DNA from: Syntrophorhabdales bacterium
GTDB lineage: Bacteria > Desulfobacterota > Syntrophorhabdia > Syntrophorhabdales > WCHB1-27
Direction: 5' to 3'
Assembly: GCA_050011095.1 (NCBI GenBank)
Contig: JBEKJU010000001.1
Coordinates: 1 to 47,265, forward strand
Length of the DNA stretch: 47,265 bases
Position 1 is the first letter of the stretch; every line of letters begins with the position of its first letter. The notes under the pieces were generated by a model that did not search any database, had not been told where the DNA came from, and worked only from the letters and a program-made list of their open reading frames with translations. The translations under genes were made by a program, and so were the position numbers. Below are positions 7,311 through 15,869 of the stretch, one piece after another.

Positions 7311-9008
7311 ATGGACATAGTTGAAGGACTGAACGAATCGCAGAGACGGGCGGTGACAACAGGGGCCCGTCACCTCCTCATCGTCGCCGGACCGGGGACG
7401 GGCAAGACCACGACCATCGTGCGGAGGATCGCCCGATTGGTGGAGGAAGGCACGCCGCCCGACGAGATCGGGGCGATCACCTTCACGAACCGGGCGGCCA
7501 GGGAGATGCGGGAGAGGATACACGCCATGTTGGGCGACCGGGCGGCAGGCATTTTCGCCGGGACGTTCCATCTCCTTGGCCTGACCATCATCAGGCAGGG
7601 CCATCATGGGGAATTCCGCATCTGCCCCCGGGACGACCAGGTGGCCATGCTCAAAAGTATCGTGGGGACCGCGAGGGAGGCGCGGGATGCGGCCGAAAGG
7701 ATATCGAGGTTCAAAAGCGGGGTGGAAGAGCCCGACGACCGGGCGGGACGCCTCTACGACGCATATTGCGCCATGTTGCTGGAGCGCGGCATGTACGACT
7801 TCGATGACCTCATCCGCATCCCCTGTGAAATGATCGAGGCCGCGGGCCTGCCGCCTCGCCGGTGCGGGTTCGCCCACATCATCGTGGACGAGTACCAGGA
7901 TGTCAACCCCGCCCAGCGCAGGCTCCTCAGGGCGCTCAGCCGGGCAGCCTCGTCCGCTGTCTGCGCCGTCGGCGATTCCGACCAGGCGATCTACGCGTTC
8001 CGCGGAGCGGACATCGAGAGCTTTCTCTCCTTTGACGCGGATTTTCCGGACGCACAAAGGGTAATCCTCGAGGAGAACTACCGTTCGACGGGGATGATCA
8101 CGGCCGCGGCGAACGGCCTCATCAGACACAACAGCCGCAGGATCGAGAAGAAGGTCATACACCGGAAGGGACCGGGAAGGCCGGTCGCCGCCGTCACCTG
8201 CCCCGACGAGAGAATGGAGGCCGAGGTGATCGCCCGTGAGATCGAGGCCCGCATGGGAGGGACGAGCCACTTCCGCCTGATGGGCGCAAAGACATCGGCC
8301 GATTATTCCCCAACCGCCAGCTCTTTTTCGGATTTCGCCGTTTTTTTCAGGACGAACGCCCAGATCAGGGGGGTGCGGGACGCCCTCACCGAATGGGGGA
8401 TACCGTGCCAGGTTGTGGGAGAGAAACAATCGGCGGGCGTAAGGGATGTCGCGGAGGCCCTCCGGAAGGCGCTCGGTCCCGGACTTGCGGCGCACGCCTC
8501 GTTCGAGGCGCTTCTCGACATGGCGGCCGGCCAGGTGAGCCTTCGCCCGTGTGACGGGTCCCTGCTCCGCAGTCTCGTCTCCACCTACCGGGACATGCCG
8601 CTCGAAGAAGCGGTCCTTGCCGCGATCGACGAGCTATCCCTCCTCGGTGAGGGCGACGCCTTCGACCCGAGGGCCGATGCCGTCGCCCTCATGACCCTGC
8701 ACGCGGCCAAGGGCCTGGAGTTCGCGGTGGCCTTTATCGCGGGCGTCGAGGACGGCCTCCTCCCCTTCACGCTCCACGGCGACGAGGCGGATATCGAGGA
8801 GGAGCGGAGGCTCTTCTATGTCGGCATGACGAGGGCGAAAGACGAGCTTTTTCTCCTCCACGCGGCAAGCCGCTTCCTCTACGGCAAAAGGCAGGCCCTA
8901 CCCCCATCCCGGTTCCTTTCGGAGATCCCGCCCGGAGCGATGCGCACGGAGGTGGCTCATGGCAAGGGCAAGGGGCGGCCGCGGGGGAAACAGACAAGCC
9001 TCTTCTAG
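7311..9008 (+). CDS. UvrD/Rep/PcrA-family ATP-dependent DNA helicase, short form (565 aa)
   Basis: LNESQRRAV, Walker A AGPGTGKTT, DEYQD, FRGA, YRS, and C-terminal VGMTRAKDELFL. It is shorter than canonical UvrD of about 720 aa. Confidence 0.9.
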   Translation: MDIVEGLNESQRRAVTTGARHLLIVAGPGTGKTTTIVRRIARLVEEGTPPDEIGAITFTNRAAREMRERIHAMLGDRAAGIFAGTFHLLGLTIIRQGHHGEFRICPRDDQVAMLKSIVGTAREARDAAERISRFKSGVEEPDDRAGRLYDAYCAMLLERGMYDFDDLIRIPCEMIEAAGLPPRRCGFAHIIVDEYQDVNPAQRRLLRALSRAASSAVCAVGDSDQAIYAFRGADIESFLSFDADFPDAQRVILEENYRSTGMITAAANGLIRHNSRRIEKKVIHRKGPGRPVAAVTCPDERMEAEVIAREIEARMGGTSHFRLMGAKTSADYSPTASSFSDFAVFFRTNAQIRGVRDALTEWGIPCQVVGEKQSAGVRDVAEALRKALGPGLAAHASFEALLDMAAGQVSLRPCDGSLLRSLVSTYRDMPLEEAVLAAIDELSLLGEGDAFDPRADAVALMTLHAAKGLEFAVAFIAGVEDGLLPFTLHGDEADIEEERRLFYVGMTRAKDELFLLHAASRFLYGKRQALPPSRFLSEIPPGAMRTEVAHGKGKGRPRGKQTSLF

Positions 9009-9038
9009 ATGATCGGCCCGTCTCGACGGCCCACCCCA

Positions 9039-9067
9039 TTGACACATGGCCGCAGGCGTCTGATACT
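9039..9067 (+). promoter_or_regulatory. Candidate sigma70 promoter of mscL (TTGACA-17-GATACT)
   Basis: ttgaca 9039-9044, gatact 9062-9067. A ~100-nt leader ends in GGAGGGAG before the ATG at 9170. Confidence 0.5.
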
Positions 9068-9169
9068 TATCAAGAACCGACATGGTGCAATCGTCCGTGG
9101 AAGCGCCGCCATTCGGCTTTGCCTCAAAAAGGCGCAAAGAGCGAATGTTCGGAGGGAGAAAGGATCATC

Positions 9170-9628
9170 ATGGCCTTCGTGAAAGAGTTCAAGGAATTCA
9201 TCGCCCGGGGCAATATGATCGACCTCGCCGTGGCCGTGGTCATCGGCGCCGCCTTCGGCGCAATCGTCACCTCCCTTGTGAAGGATATCGTCATGCCGCC
9301 GATCGGGTTGGCCCTCGGCAGGGTCGACTTCTCCAACCTCTTTCTCGTGCTGAAGGAGGGCTCGACGCCCGGCCCCTATCCTTCCGTACCGGAGGCGGCC
9401 AAGGCCGGCGCGGTGACGGTCAACTACGGCATATTCATCATGACGCTAATCAGCTTTCTTATCATCGCCTTCGTCGTTTTCACGTTGGTCCGCACGCTCA
9501 ACCGCCTGAGGCGGGAAAAAGCGGTCCCCGAGGCGCCTGACACCAAGGAGTGTACATACTGCTACACGCGCATCCCGGTGAAGGCCGTTCGGTGCCCCAA
9601 CTGCACCTCCGAGCTGAAGCAGACATAA
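9170..9628 (+). CDS. mscL: Large-conductance mechanosensitive channel MscL with a C-terminal CxxC...CxxC zinc-ribbon tail
   Basis: MAFVKEFKEFIARGNMIDLAVAVVIGAAFGAIV...DIVMPPIG aligns with the MscL N-terminus. The tail is KECTYCYTRIPVKAVRCPNCTSEL. The TTG at 9119 in the ORF track is probably an over-extension. Confidence 0.92.
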   Translation: MAFVKEFKEFIARGNMIDLAVAVVIGAAFGAIVTSLVKDIVMPPIGLALGRVDFSNLFLVLKEGSTPGPYPSVPEAAKAGAVTVNYGIFIMTLISFLIIAFVVFTLVRTLNRLRREKAVPEAPDTKECTYCYTRIPVKAVRCPNCTSELKQT

Positions 9629-9663
9629 AAGCGGCCTTACTGGAATCCGTCTAAAATTCTTAT

Positions 9664-11235
9664 TTACGCGATGTAGTGGGTCCCCCTGCTCTTTCTGTTC
9701 CTAAAGGCGGCCCAGGCGACGAAAAACGACGTCTGGACGCCGTTCCTCAGGGCGAGAATCATGGGATTGAGGTGGGATTTTCTGTAGAAATCGTCGATCC
9801 TGTTGGACAGATAGCGCAGGTCGGCCGTAGCCCTTTCCAGCCGTTTCTCCGTCCTGATGATCCCCACGTAATTCCACATGGTGGATTTGATGCTGAGCCA
9901 GTCCTGCTGGATGAGGGCCGGGTCCGCCTCCTCCTCCTGATCGGGATAGATCCACGCGGGGATATCCGATTCCTTGTAGGGCCTTTCCCTGTCCAGGTGC
10001 TGGGCTATATGTTCCACCGATCTCAGGGCCCAGAGAAGCCCCTCGAGGAGCGACGTCGATGCGAGCCTGTTCGCGCCGTGAAGACCGGTTGCGGAGACCT
10101 CGCCCGCCGCGTAGAGATTCCTGAGGGACGTCCTCCCCCAGAGGTCGACGTGGACGCCCCCGCAGCTATAATGGGCCGCGGGCACGACGGGGATGCGGTC
10201 CTTCGACATATCGATGCCCAGGGAAAGGCATTTTTCGTGGATGGCGGGAAAGCGCTTCTTTATGTCGACCTTCGCGAAGGAGGCGATATCCAGGTAGACA
10301 TACGAGTCACCCCTCTTGATCATCTCCTCGTATATGGCCCGCGACACCTCGTCGCGGGGCGCCAGATCGGCGAGGGGCGAATACTTGTCCATGAAGAAGA
10401 AGCCGTCCCTCGTCGTCAGTCGGGCCCCTTCCCCCCTTACCGCCTCCGATATGAGGAACCGGTCCGCGTCCTTGTGAAAGAGCGTCGTCGGGTGAAACTG
10501 GATGTACTCCATGTTGATGAGCCTCGCCCCGGCCCTGGATGCCATGGCGACGCCGTCGCCCGTCGCGCAGGGCGGGTTCGTCGTGTGGAGGAACGTGGCG
10601 CCCAGACCCCCGGTGGCGAGGATCGTGCACGAGGAAAATATGCGTTCGACCTTTTCGCTCCTGTTATTGAGCACGTAGGCCCCGATGCATCGCGGCTGCT
10701 GATAGAGGGCCAGGGGGTTCCGTGAATGGTGGGGCAGGGTGAGAAGATCGATGGCGGTGTATCCCGTGAATATCCGGACGTTCTTGCATTCGAGGACCCG
10801 GCTGCACAGGGATTCTTCAATGGCCTTGCCGGTCGTATCCATCGAATGGAGGATCCTCCTCCTGGAGTGGCTCCCCTCCTGGGCATACTCGAACGCGCCG
10901 TCGTCGTCCCTCGTAAAGGGAACCCCGATCTTCTTGACGAGGAACTCCTCCACCGCCCGGGGCCCCTCAAGCGCGAGGAGCTTCGCGGCCTCGGGGTTGG
11001 AAATCCCGTCGCCCGCCTCCATGATGTCCGCTATCAGGAGATCGGGGGAATCATCCGCGCCCTGGCACACGATGCCTCCCTGGGCGTGATAGGTATTCGA
11101 TTCCCTGAGATCGTCCTCCTTGCTCGTGACGATGACGTCGAGGCCCGCGTCGTGGGCCGCGATGGCGGCGCACAGGCCCGCGATACCCGACCCTACGATC
11201 AGTACGTCGCAGTGATGTATCGTATCCGCGCCCAC
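9664..11235 (-). CDS. nadB: L-aspartate oxidase
   Basis: FAD-binding DVLIVGSGIAGL, fumarate reductase/succinate dehydrogenase-like flavoprotein body, last gene of a nadC-nadA-nadB string. GTG start. Confidence 0.92.
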   Translation of the reverse strand: MGADTIHHCDVLIVGSGIAGLCAAIAAHDAGLDVIVTSKEDDLRESNTYHAQGGIVCQGADDSPDLLIADIMEAGDGISNPEAAKLLALEGPRAVEEFLVKKIGVPFTRDDDGAFEYAQEGSHSRRRILHSMDTTGKAIEESLCSRVLECKNVRIFTGYTAIDLLTLPHHSRNPLALYQQPRCIGAYVLNNRSEKVERIFSSCTILATGGLGATFLHTTNPPCATGDGVAMASRAGARLINMEYIQFHPTTLFHKDADRFLISEAVRGEGARLTTRDGFFFMDKYSPLADLAPRDEVSRAIYEEMIKRGDSYVYLDIASFAKVDIKKRFPAIHEKCLSLGIDMSKDRIPVVPAAHYSCGGVHVDLWGRTSLRNLYAAGEVSATGLHGANRLASTSLLEGLLWALRSVEHIAQHLDRERPYKESDIPAWIYPDQEEEADPALIQQDWLSIKSTMWNYVGIIRTEKRLERATADLRYLSNRIDDFYRKSHLNPMILALRNGVQTSFFVAWAAFRNRKSRGTHYIA

Positions 11236-11236
11236 T

Positions 11237-12292
11237 CTATCCGATCTCCAGCATCCGTCCCAGGGCGGTCCGCGCCTCCTTTGAGACGGCCTCGTCGACC
11301 GTCACCCGGTTGACTAGCTCACCCCGGAGGAGCCCTTCGAGGACCCGGAGGAGCCGTTCCGGAGTCACCTTCGCCATCTCCTTGCACCACTCCTCCCTGA
11401 GGGGGATAACCATTTTATCGGGGTTCTCCCTCCGGATGCGATCGACAAAATTCCATTCCGTCCCTATGGCCCACTTCGAGCCGGCCTCCGAGGCATCTAC
11501 GGTCTTCTTTATCACGTTCGTCGAGCCCGCAAGGTCTGCCAGGCCGTATACCTCGGGTGTGCACTCGGGATGGACGATGACCTTGATGCCGTCATGTTTA
11601 TTTCTCAGGCTCACGACGTCCCGACCCTTCATCAACCGGTGGACGATGCAAAACCCTTCCCACAGGAACACCTTTGCCTCGCGCGCCGCTTCCTTCGCGA
11701 GGCCCTTCTCGGGGTCCCACCGATAGACGTCGGCCCCCTGGAGGCCGAGGTCGCCGGCAATGTTGCGCCCCATGTTCTCATCGGGAAAGAAAAACACGGA
11801 CGCCCCCCGCGTCAGAACGTGGCTGAAAATCCGCTTCACGTTGGCCGAGGTGCAGACCGTGCCGTTGTGCCTCCCGCAGAAGGCCTTGAGGTCCGCGTTC
11901 GAGTTGACATAGACGACGGGAATGATCTCCTTGCCCAAGGTGGAAAGCGCCCTCCACGCCGCCTCCACCCCTTCGAGGGAGGCCATATCCGCCAGGGGGC
12001 ATTTCGAGGCCGGCTCGGGATGAAGGACCTCCTGATCGGGCCTGCACAGGATCCGGGCCGTTTCGGCCATGAAGGAGACGGAGCAGAAGACGATATAACG
12101 CGCCTCCTGATGGCGTGACGCCTTCTCGGCGAGCGCGAGGGAGTCCCCCACGAAATCGGCCAATCGAACGATATCGTCGTTCTGGTAAAAGTGCGCGAGG
12201 AGGAGCAGGTCATGACCGAGCCTCTCCTTGGCCTTCGCGATCCGCAGGAGAACGTCTTTTCTTTCCAGGAGGAGACCGGTTTCGTTGTTCAT
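11237..12292 (-). CDS. nadA: Quinolinate synthase
   Basis: MNNETGLL...LLLAHFYQNDDIV..VGDSL...FCSVSFMAETA...HPECTPEV. The ATG at 12292 overlaps the nadC stop (ATGA). The ORF track over-extends it to 13027. TAG stop. Confidence 0.92.
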   Translation of the reverse strand: MNNETGLLLERKDVLLRIAKAKERLGHDLLLLAHFYQNDDIVRLADFVGDSLALAEKASRHQEARYIVFCSVSFMAETARILCRPDQEVLHPEPASKCPLADMASLEGVEAAWRALSTLGKEIIPVVYVNSNADLKAFCGRHNGTVCTSANVKRIFSHVLTRGASVFFFPDENMGRNIAGDLGLQGADVYRWDPEKGLAKEAAREAKVFLWEGFCIVHRLMKGRDVVSLRNKHDGIKVIVHPECTPEVYGLADLAGSTNVIKKTVDASEAGSKWAIGTEWNFVDRIRRENPDKMVIPLREEWCKEMAKVTPERLLRVLEGLLRGELVNRVTVDEAVSKEARTALGRMLEIG

Positions 12293-13110
12293 CGTTCCCC
12301 CTGGAGTATCAGGAGGCTCAGATCGGCCGATTTGAAGGAGTGCGTGATCGCGCCGACAGAGATGAGATCGATGCCTGTCCGCGCGATCTCCCTCGCCCTC
12401 CCGACGGTCATGTTGCCCGACACCTCCAAGGGTATCCGCCCGCCCACGAAAGAGACCGCCCCGCGGATCTCCCCGTCCCGCCAGTTGTCGAGCATGATCC
12501 TTTCGACCCCGGCTTCCACTGCCTGCCTCAACTCGTCCATGTTCCGTACTTCCACTTCCACGGCGACCCTGCTTTGCCTTCTCACCCTTTCCACCGCCTC
12601 CCGTATCGACCCCGCAATGGCGATGTGGTTCTCCTTTATGAGGGCCATCTCGCCGAGGTCGAACCTGTGGTTCTCTCCTCCGCCCATGAGGACCGCGTAC
12701 TTCTCCATGGCCCGGAGTCCCGGCGACGTCTTCCTCGTATCGAGGATCTTGACGCCCGTCCCCGCGACCGCCTGGACAAATCCCCTCGTCGCGGTCGCGA
12801 TGCCGGAAAGGCGCTGGAAGATATTGAGGGCGACCCTTTCGCCCGTAAGAATGGCGCGGGTCCGCGCCTTCACCGTGGAGACGGCCTCGCCTTTTTTCGC
12901 TGTCCGGCCGTCGCGCACCAACTCCACGTAGGCGACGTCCCGATCGAGGGCCTCGAAGACCTTCCTCACGAAGGCGTGGCCCGCGATCACGGCCTCTTCC
13001 TTCGCGATGATCGTGCCTTCCGACCAATGGTCGCGAGGGACGATCGAATCGGTCGTCACGTCCCCCTCTCCTTTATCCTCCGCAAGAAACCGCTCTATTT
13101 CCTTTTCCAT
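12289..13110 (-). CDS. nadC: Nicotinate-nucleotide (quinolinate) pyrophosphorylase
   Basis: MEKEIERFLAEDKGEGDVTT...LDTRKTSPGLR...IKENHI. I prefer the ATG at 13110 over the TTG at 13122, because a perfect TATAAT occupies 13122-13127. Confidence 0.88.
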   Translation of the reverse strand: MEKEIERFLAEDKGEGDVTTDSIVPRDHWSEGTIIAKEEAVIAGHAFVRKVFEALDRDVAYVELVRDGRTAKKGEAVSTVKARTRAILTGERVALNIFQRLSGIATATRGFVQAVAGTGVKILDTRKTSPGLRAMEKYAVLMGGGENHRFDLGEMALIKENHIAIAGSIREAVERVRRQSRVAVEVEVRNMDELRQAVEAGVERIMLDNWRDGEIRGAVSFVGGRIPLEVSGNMTVGRAREIARTGIDLISVGAITHSFKSADLSLLILQGER

Positions 13111-13121
13111 AATGGGAATCA

Positions 13122-13151
13122 ATTATACCGCCTGGACCGCGACCGAGTCAA
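13122..13151 (-). promoter_or_regulatory. nadCAB promoter TTGACT-18-TATAAT, 11 nt from the ATG (leaderless)
   Basis: On the minus strand, ttgact is at 13151-13146 and tataat at 13127-13122, with the ATG at 13110. The 11 intervening nt (tgattcccatt) contain no Shine-Dalgarno. Confidence 0.65.
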
Positions 13152-13180
13152 TTCCCCCCGCGCCTTATGCCCCGCGTTGA

Positions 13181-13209
13181 TTGACATCGCCATGGCATTG
13201 CTTTAATCT
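13181..13209 (+). promoter_or_regulatory. Promoter TTGACA-17-TAATCT, 8 nt from the ATG of the DHH-CBS-nucleotidyltransferase gene (leaderless)
   Basis: ttgaca 13181-13186, taatct 13204-13209, ATG 13218. The 8 intervening nt (ttgcagaa) contain no Shine-Dalgarno. Confidence 0.65.
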
Positions 13210-13217
13210 TTGCAGAA

Positions 13218-15869
13218 ATGAGGGTCATCACCACCCATTTCAACGCGGACTTCGATGCCCTTTCCTCGATGGTGGCGGCCAAGAAACTGTATCCCGACGC
13301 GGTCCTCGTGTTTCCCGGCTCCCAGGAAAAGACGGTTCGGGACTTCCTCATCCGCTCGACCCTCTATTTCCTCAATATCGCGAAGCTCAAGGACATCGAC
13401 TACGACGAGGTCGATACGCTCATCCTCGTGGATACGAGGCAGAAGGGCAGGATCGGGGAGCTTGCCAGGCTCATCGACGAAAAACATGTGCGGGTCCATG
13501 TGTACGACCACCACCCGCCGTCGAAGGACGACGTGACAGGCGAGGTCAATGTCATCGTCAAAAGCGGCGCCTGCGTGACTCTCCTCGTCGACCTTGTCAG
13601 GCAAAAGGACTTGGACATATCGCCCGAGGAGGCGACGATCATGATGCTCGGCATCTACGAGGAGACAGGGAGCTTCCAATACCCCTCGACGACCCGCCTC
13701 GATTTCGACGCGGCATCCTTCCTCCTCTCGAAGGGGGCGCACGTGGACCTCGTCTCCAATATCCTCGTAAAGGAGATGTCGCCCGAGCAGGTCTATGTGC
13801 TCCACGACCTCATCGAGGCGGCAGCGGTCCACAACGTGAACGGCATAGACGTGGTCGTCACGGAGACCAGCACCGAGAATTATATGGGAGACCTCGCCAT
13901 GCTCGTCCAGAAATTCCGCGACATGGAGAACCTGAACGCCCTGTTCGCCCTGTTCCGCATGGACGACAGGATCTACATCATCGGCAGGAGCCGCGTCCCC
14001 GAGGTGGACGTGGGGCGGATACTCGTGCCCATGGGAGGGGGCGGCCACAAGGAGGCCGCATCGGCCACCCTGAAGGATATCACCCTCATAGAGGCGAAAT
14101 CTAGGCTTCTTGAGCATTTGGCCCATCTCGTCAAGCCCCTCTGGACGGCGAGGGACATCATGTTCTTCCCCGTCATCTCCATCGACCAGGACGCGCCCAT
14201 CAGGGATGCCCGCGATATCCTGACGAAGTACAACATCAACTCCCTGCCGGTCACCTCCGGCGATCAGGTCACGGGGATCATCACCAGGCAGATCGCCGAG
14301 AAGGCCGTCTTCCACGGCCTCGAAGGGATCCCGGTAAGGGAGTATATGATCACCGATTTCTCCGCCGCCCGGCCCTCCGATTCGATAGAGCGGCTCAAGG
14401 AGATCATCATAGGGGGCAACCAGCGGTTTCTCCCGGTCACCGGGGAGGGCAAGTTAATCGGCGCGATCACGAGGACGGACCTTTTGCGCATACTGGAAGA
14501 CGAGATCAGAAAGAGCGTCCTCGGCAAGCTCGACTATCACGAGGTCTACGAAAAAAGAAAGAACGTGAAGAGACTCATGGAGGAGCGGATCAGCGCCCCT
14601 GTCCTCAACCGCCTCATCGCCATCGGCGCCCTCGCCGACGAGATGGCCTTCCACGCCTACCTCGTGGGCGGCCTCCCTCGCGACCTCGTGCTGCGGAACG
14701 AAAATTTCGATATAGATATCGTGATCGAGGGGGACGGCATCGGGTTTGCCGAAGAGGTGGGGAGACGCTTCGGCGTCAGGGTCCGCACGCACAAGGAGTT
14801 CGGAACGGCAAAGGTCCTCTATCGCGACGGGTTCAAGGTGGACGTGGCAACGGCAAGGCTTGAGTACTACAAGGCCCCGGCCGCGCTGCCCATCGTCGAG
14901 CACAGTTCCCTCAAGCTCGACCTCTACCGGCGGGATTTTACCATCAACACCCTCGCCATATCGCTCAACAGGAACACCTTCGGCGAGCTTATCGATTTCT
15001 TCGGCGCCCAGAGGGACATAAAGGAGAGGAGCATCAGGGTGCTCCACAGCCTCAGCTTCGTGGAGGACCCGACCAGGGTCTTCAGGGCGGTCAGGTTCGA
15101 GCAGCGCTTCGGCTTCCAGATCGGCAAGTTCACCCTCAACCTCATAAAGAACGCCGTGAGAATGGGCTTTCTTACGAAAATCAAGGGCCCGAGGATATGG
15201 AGGGAACTTGCCCTCATCCTCATCGAGGCCGAGCCCGCATCCATACTGAGGCGGCTCCAGGAGCTTGACCTTGTGAAGTTCGTCTTCCCCTCCCTCTTGT
15301 TCGACTACGAGAAGGAGAGGCTCTTCAGGGAGATGGACACGGTCCTCAAGTGGTACAACCTCCTTTACAAGGGGAGATATAACCGCGTCTTCTACTACCT
15401 CATGGGCCTGGTGGACCATATGTCCCTTTCCGATGCGGGCGCCTTTTCGAGGAAGCTCGTCGCAGCGGAATCGATGCGGCGGAAGCTCCCCCAGGAGGTC
15501 GCCAGGGTCCGCGAGGCCCTGTCGAGGCTTTCGGCGTCCATCCGCCTCATGAAAAAGAGCGAGGTTTACAGACAGTTCGAGGCCCTGTCGCAGGAAGGCC
15601 GCCTCTTCGTCATGGCGAAGACCCATTCGGAGGATGTAAAAAAGGCGCTCTCCACCTATATTACCCACGCGGACAGCCTCAACCCCGTGGCGACGGGGGA
15701 GGACCTCAAGGCGATGGGCATCAAGGAGGGGCCTGTCTACAGGGAGATCCTCGACGCCCTGAAGGAGGCGAAGATCGACCAGAACCTCGCGACCAGGGAG
15801 GAGGAGCTTGCCTTTGTGAAAAGGTACACGGCCGAGCGCCACATCGTCGCCCAGGGAGGGAACACCTGA
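13218..15869 (+). CDS. Multidomain protein: DHH/DHHA1 phosphoesterase + 2x CBS + class II nucleotidyltransferase (poly(A) polymerase / CCA-adding family)
   Basis: N-terminal HFNADFDALSS and YDHHPP (DHH). GGGGHKEAASA (DHHA1). Two CBS-like segments. Then LVGGLPRDLVL..FDIDIVIEGD and RRDFTINTLA (nucleotidyltransferase head). Confidence 0.9.
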   Translation: MRVITTHFNADFDALSSMVAAKKLYPDAVLVFPGSQEKTVRDFLIRSTLYFLNIAKLKDIDYDEVDTLILVDTRQKGRIGELARLIDEKHVRVHVYDHHPPSKDDVTGEVNVIVKSGACVTLLVDLVRQKDLDISPEEATIMMLGIYEETGSFQYPSTTRLDFDAASFLLSKGAHVDLVSNILVKEMSPEQVYVLHDLIEAAAVHNVNGIDVVVTETSTENYMGDLAMLVQKFRDMENLNALFALFRMDDRIYIIGRSRVPEVDVGRILVPMGGGGHKEAASATLKDITLIEAKSRLLEHLAHLVKPLWTARDIMFFPVISIDQDAPIRDARDILTKYNINSLPVTSGDQVTGIITRQIAEKAVFHGLEGIPVREYMITDFSAARPSDSIERLKEIIIGGNQRFLPVTGEGKLIGAITRTDLLRILEDEIRKSVLGKLDYHEVYEKRKNVKRLMEERISAPVLNRLIAIGALADEMAFHAYLVGGLPRDLVLRNENFDIDIVIEGDGIGFAEEVGRRFGVRVRTHKEFGTAKVLYRDGFKVDVATARLEYYKAPAALPIVEHSSLKLDLYRRDFTINTLAISLNRNTFGELIDFFGAQRDIKERSIRVLHSLSFVEDPTRVFRAVRFEQRFGFQIGKFTLNLIKNAVRMGFLTKIKGPRIWRELALILIEAEPASILRRLQELDLVKFVFPSLLFDYEKERLFREMDTVLKWYNLLYKGRYNRVFYYLMGLVDHMSLSDAGAFSRKLVAAESMRRKLPQEVARVREALSRLSASIRLMKKSEVYRQFEALSQEGRLFVMAKTHSEDVKKALSTYITHADSLNPVATGEDLKAMGIKEGPVYREILDALKEAKIDQNLATREEELAFVKRYTAERHIVAQGGNT

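Noticed and set aside
7188-8495. Very long ORFs antisense to recognised genes. Examples are 7188-8495(-), 13203-14315(-), 14454-15842(-), 26728-28014(+), 29192-30631(+), 34118-35218(-), 37668-39035(-), 36137-37099(+), 20371-21345(+) and 9676-10725(+).
   Set aside because: Each lies opposite a gene with clear family motifs (uvrD-like, DHH-CBS-NTase, uvrC, uvrB, selB, thiolase, ExeA, GT4, nadB). Their translations are Arg/Gly/Pro/Asp-rich and low in complexity. Open antisense frames are expected in GC-rich DNA with GC-biased third positions.
11237-13027. Over-extended ORF calls in the track: 596-aa 'NadA' (11237-13027), 353-aa 'NadK' (24950-26011), 186-aa ORF (4798-5358), 317-aa FAH (45684-46637) and 210-aa ORF (45316-45948).
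   Set aside because: The N-terminal extensions overlap upstream genes or intergenic DNA and are Arg/Gly-rich nonsense. Internal ATGs with proper Shine-Dalgarno sites or ATGA coupling reproduce the normal family N-termini.
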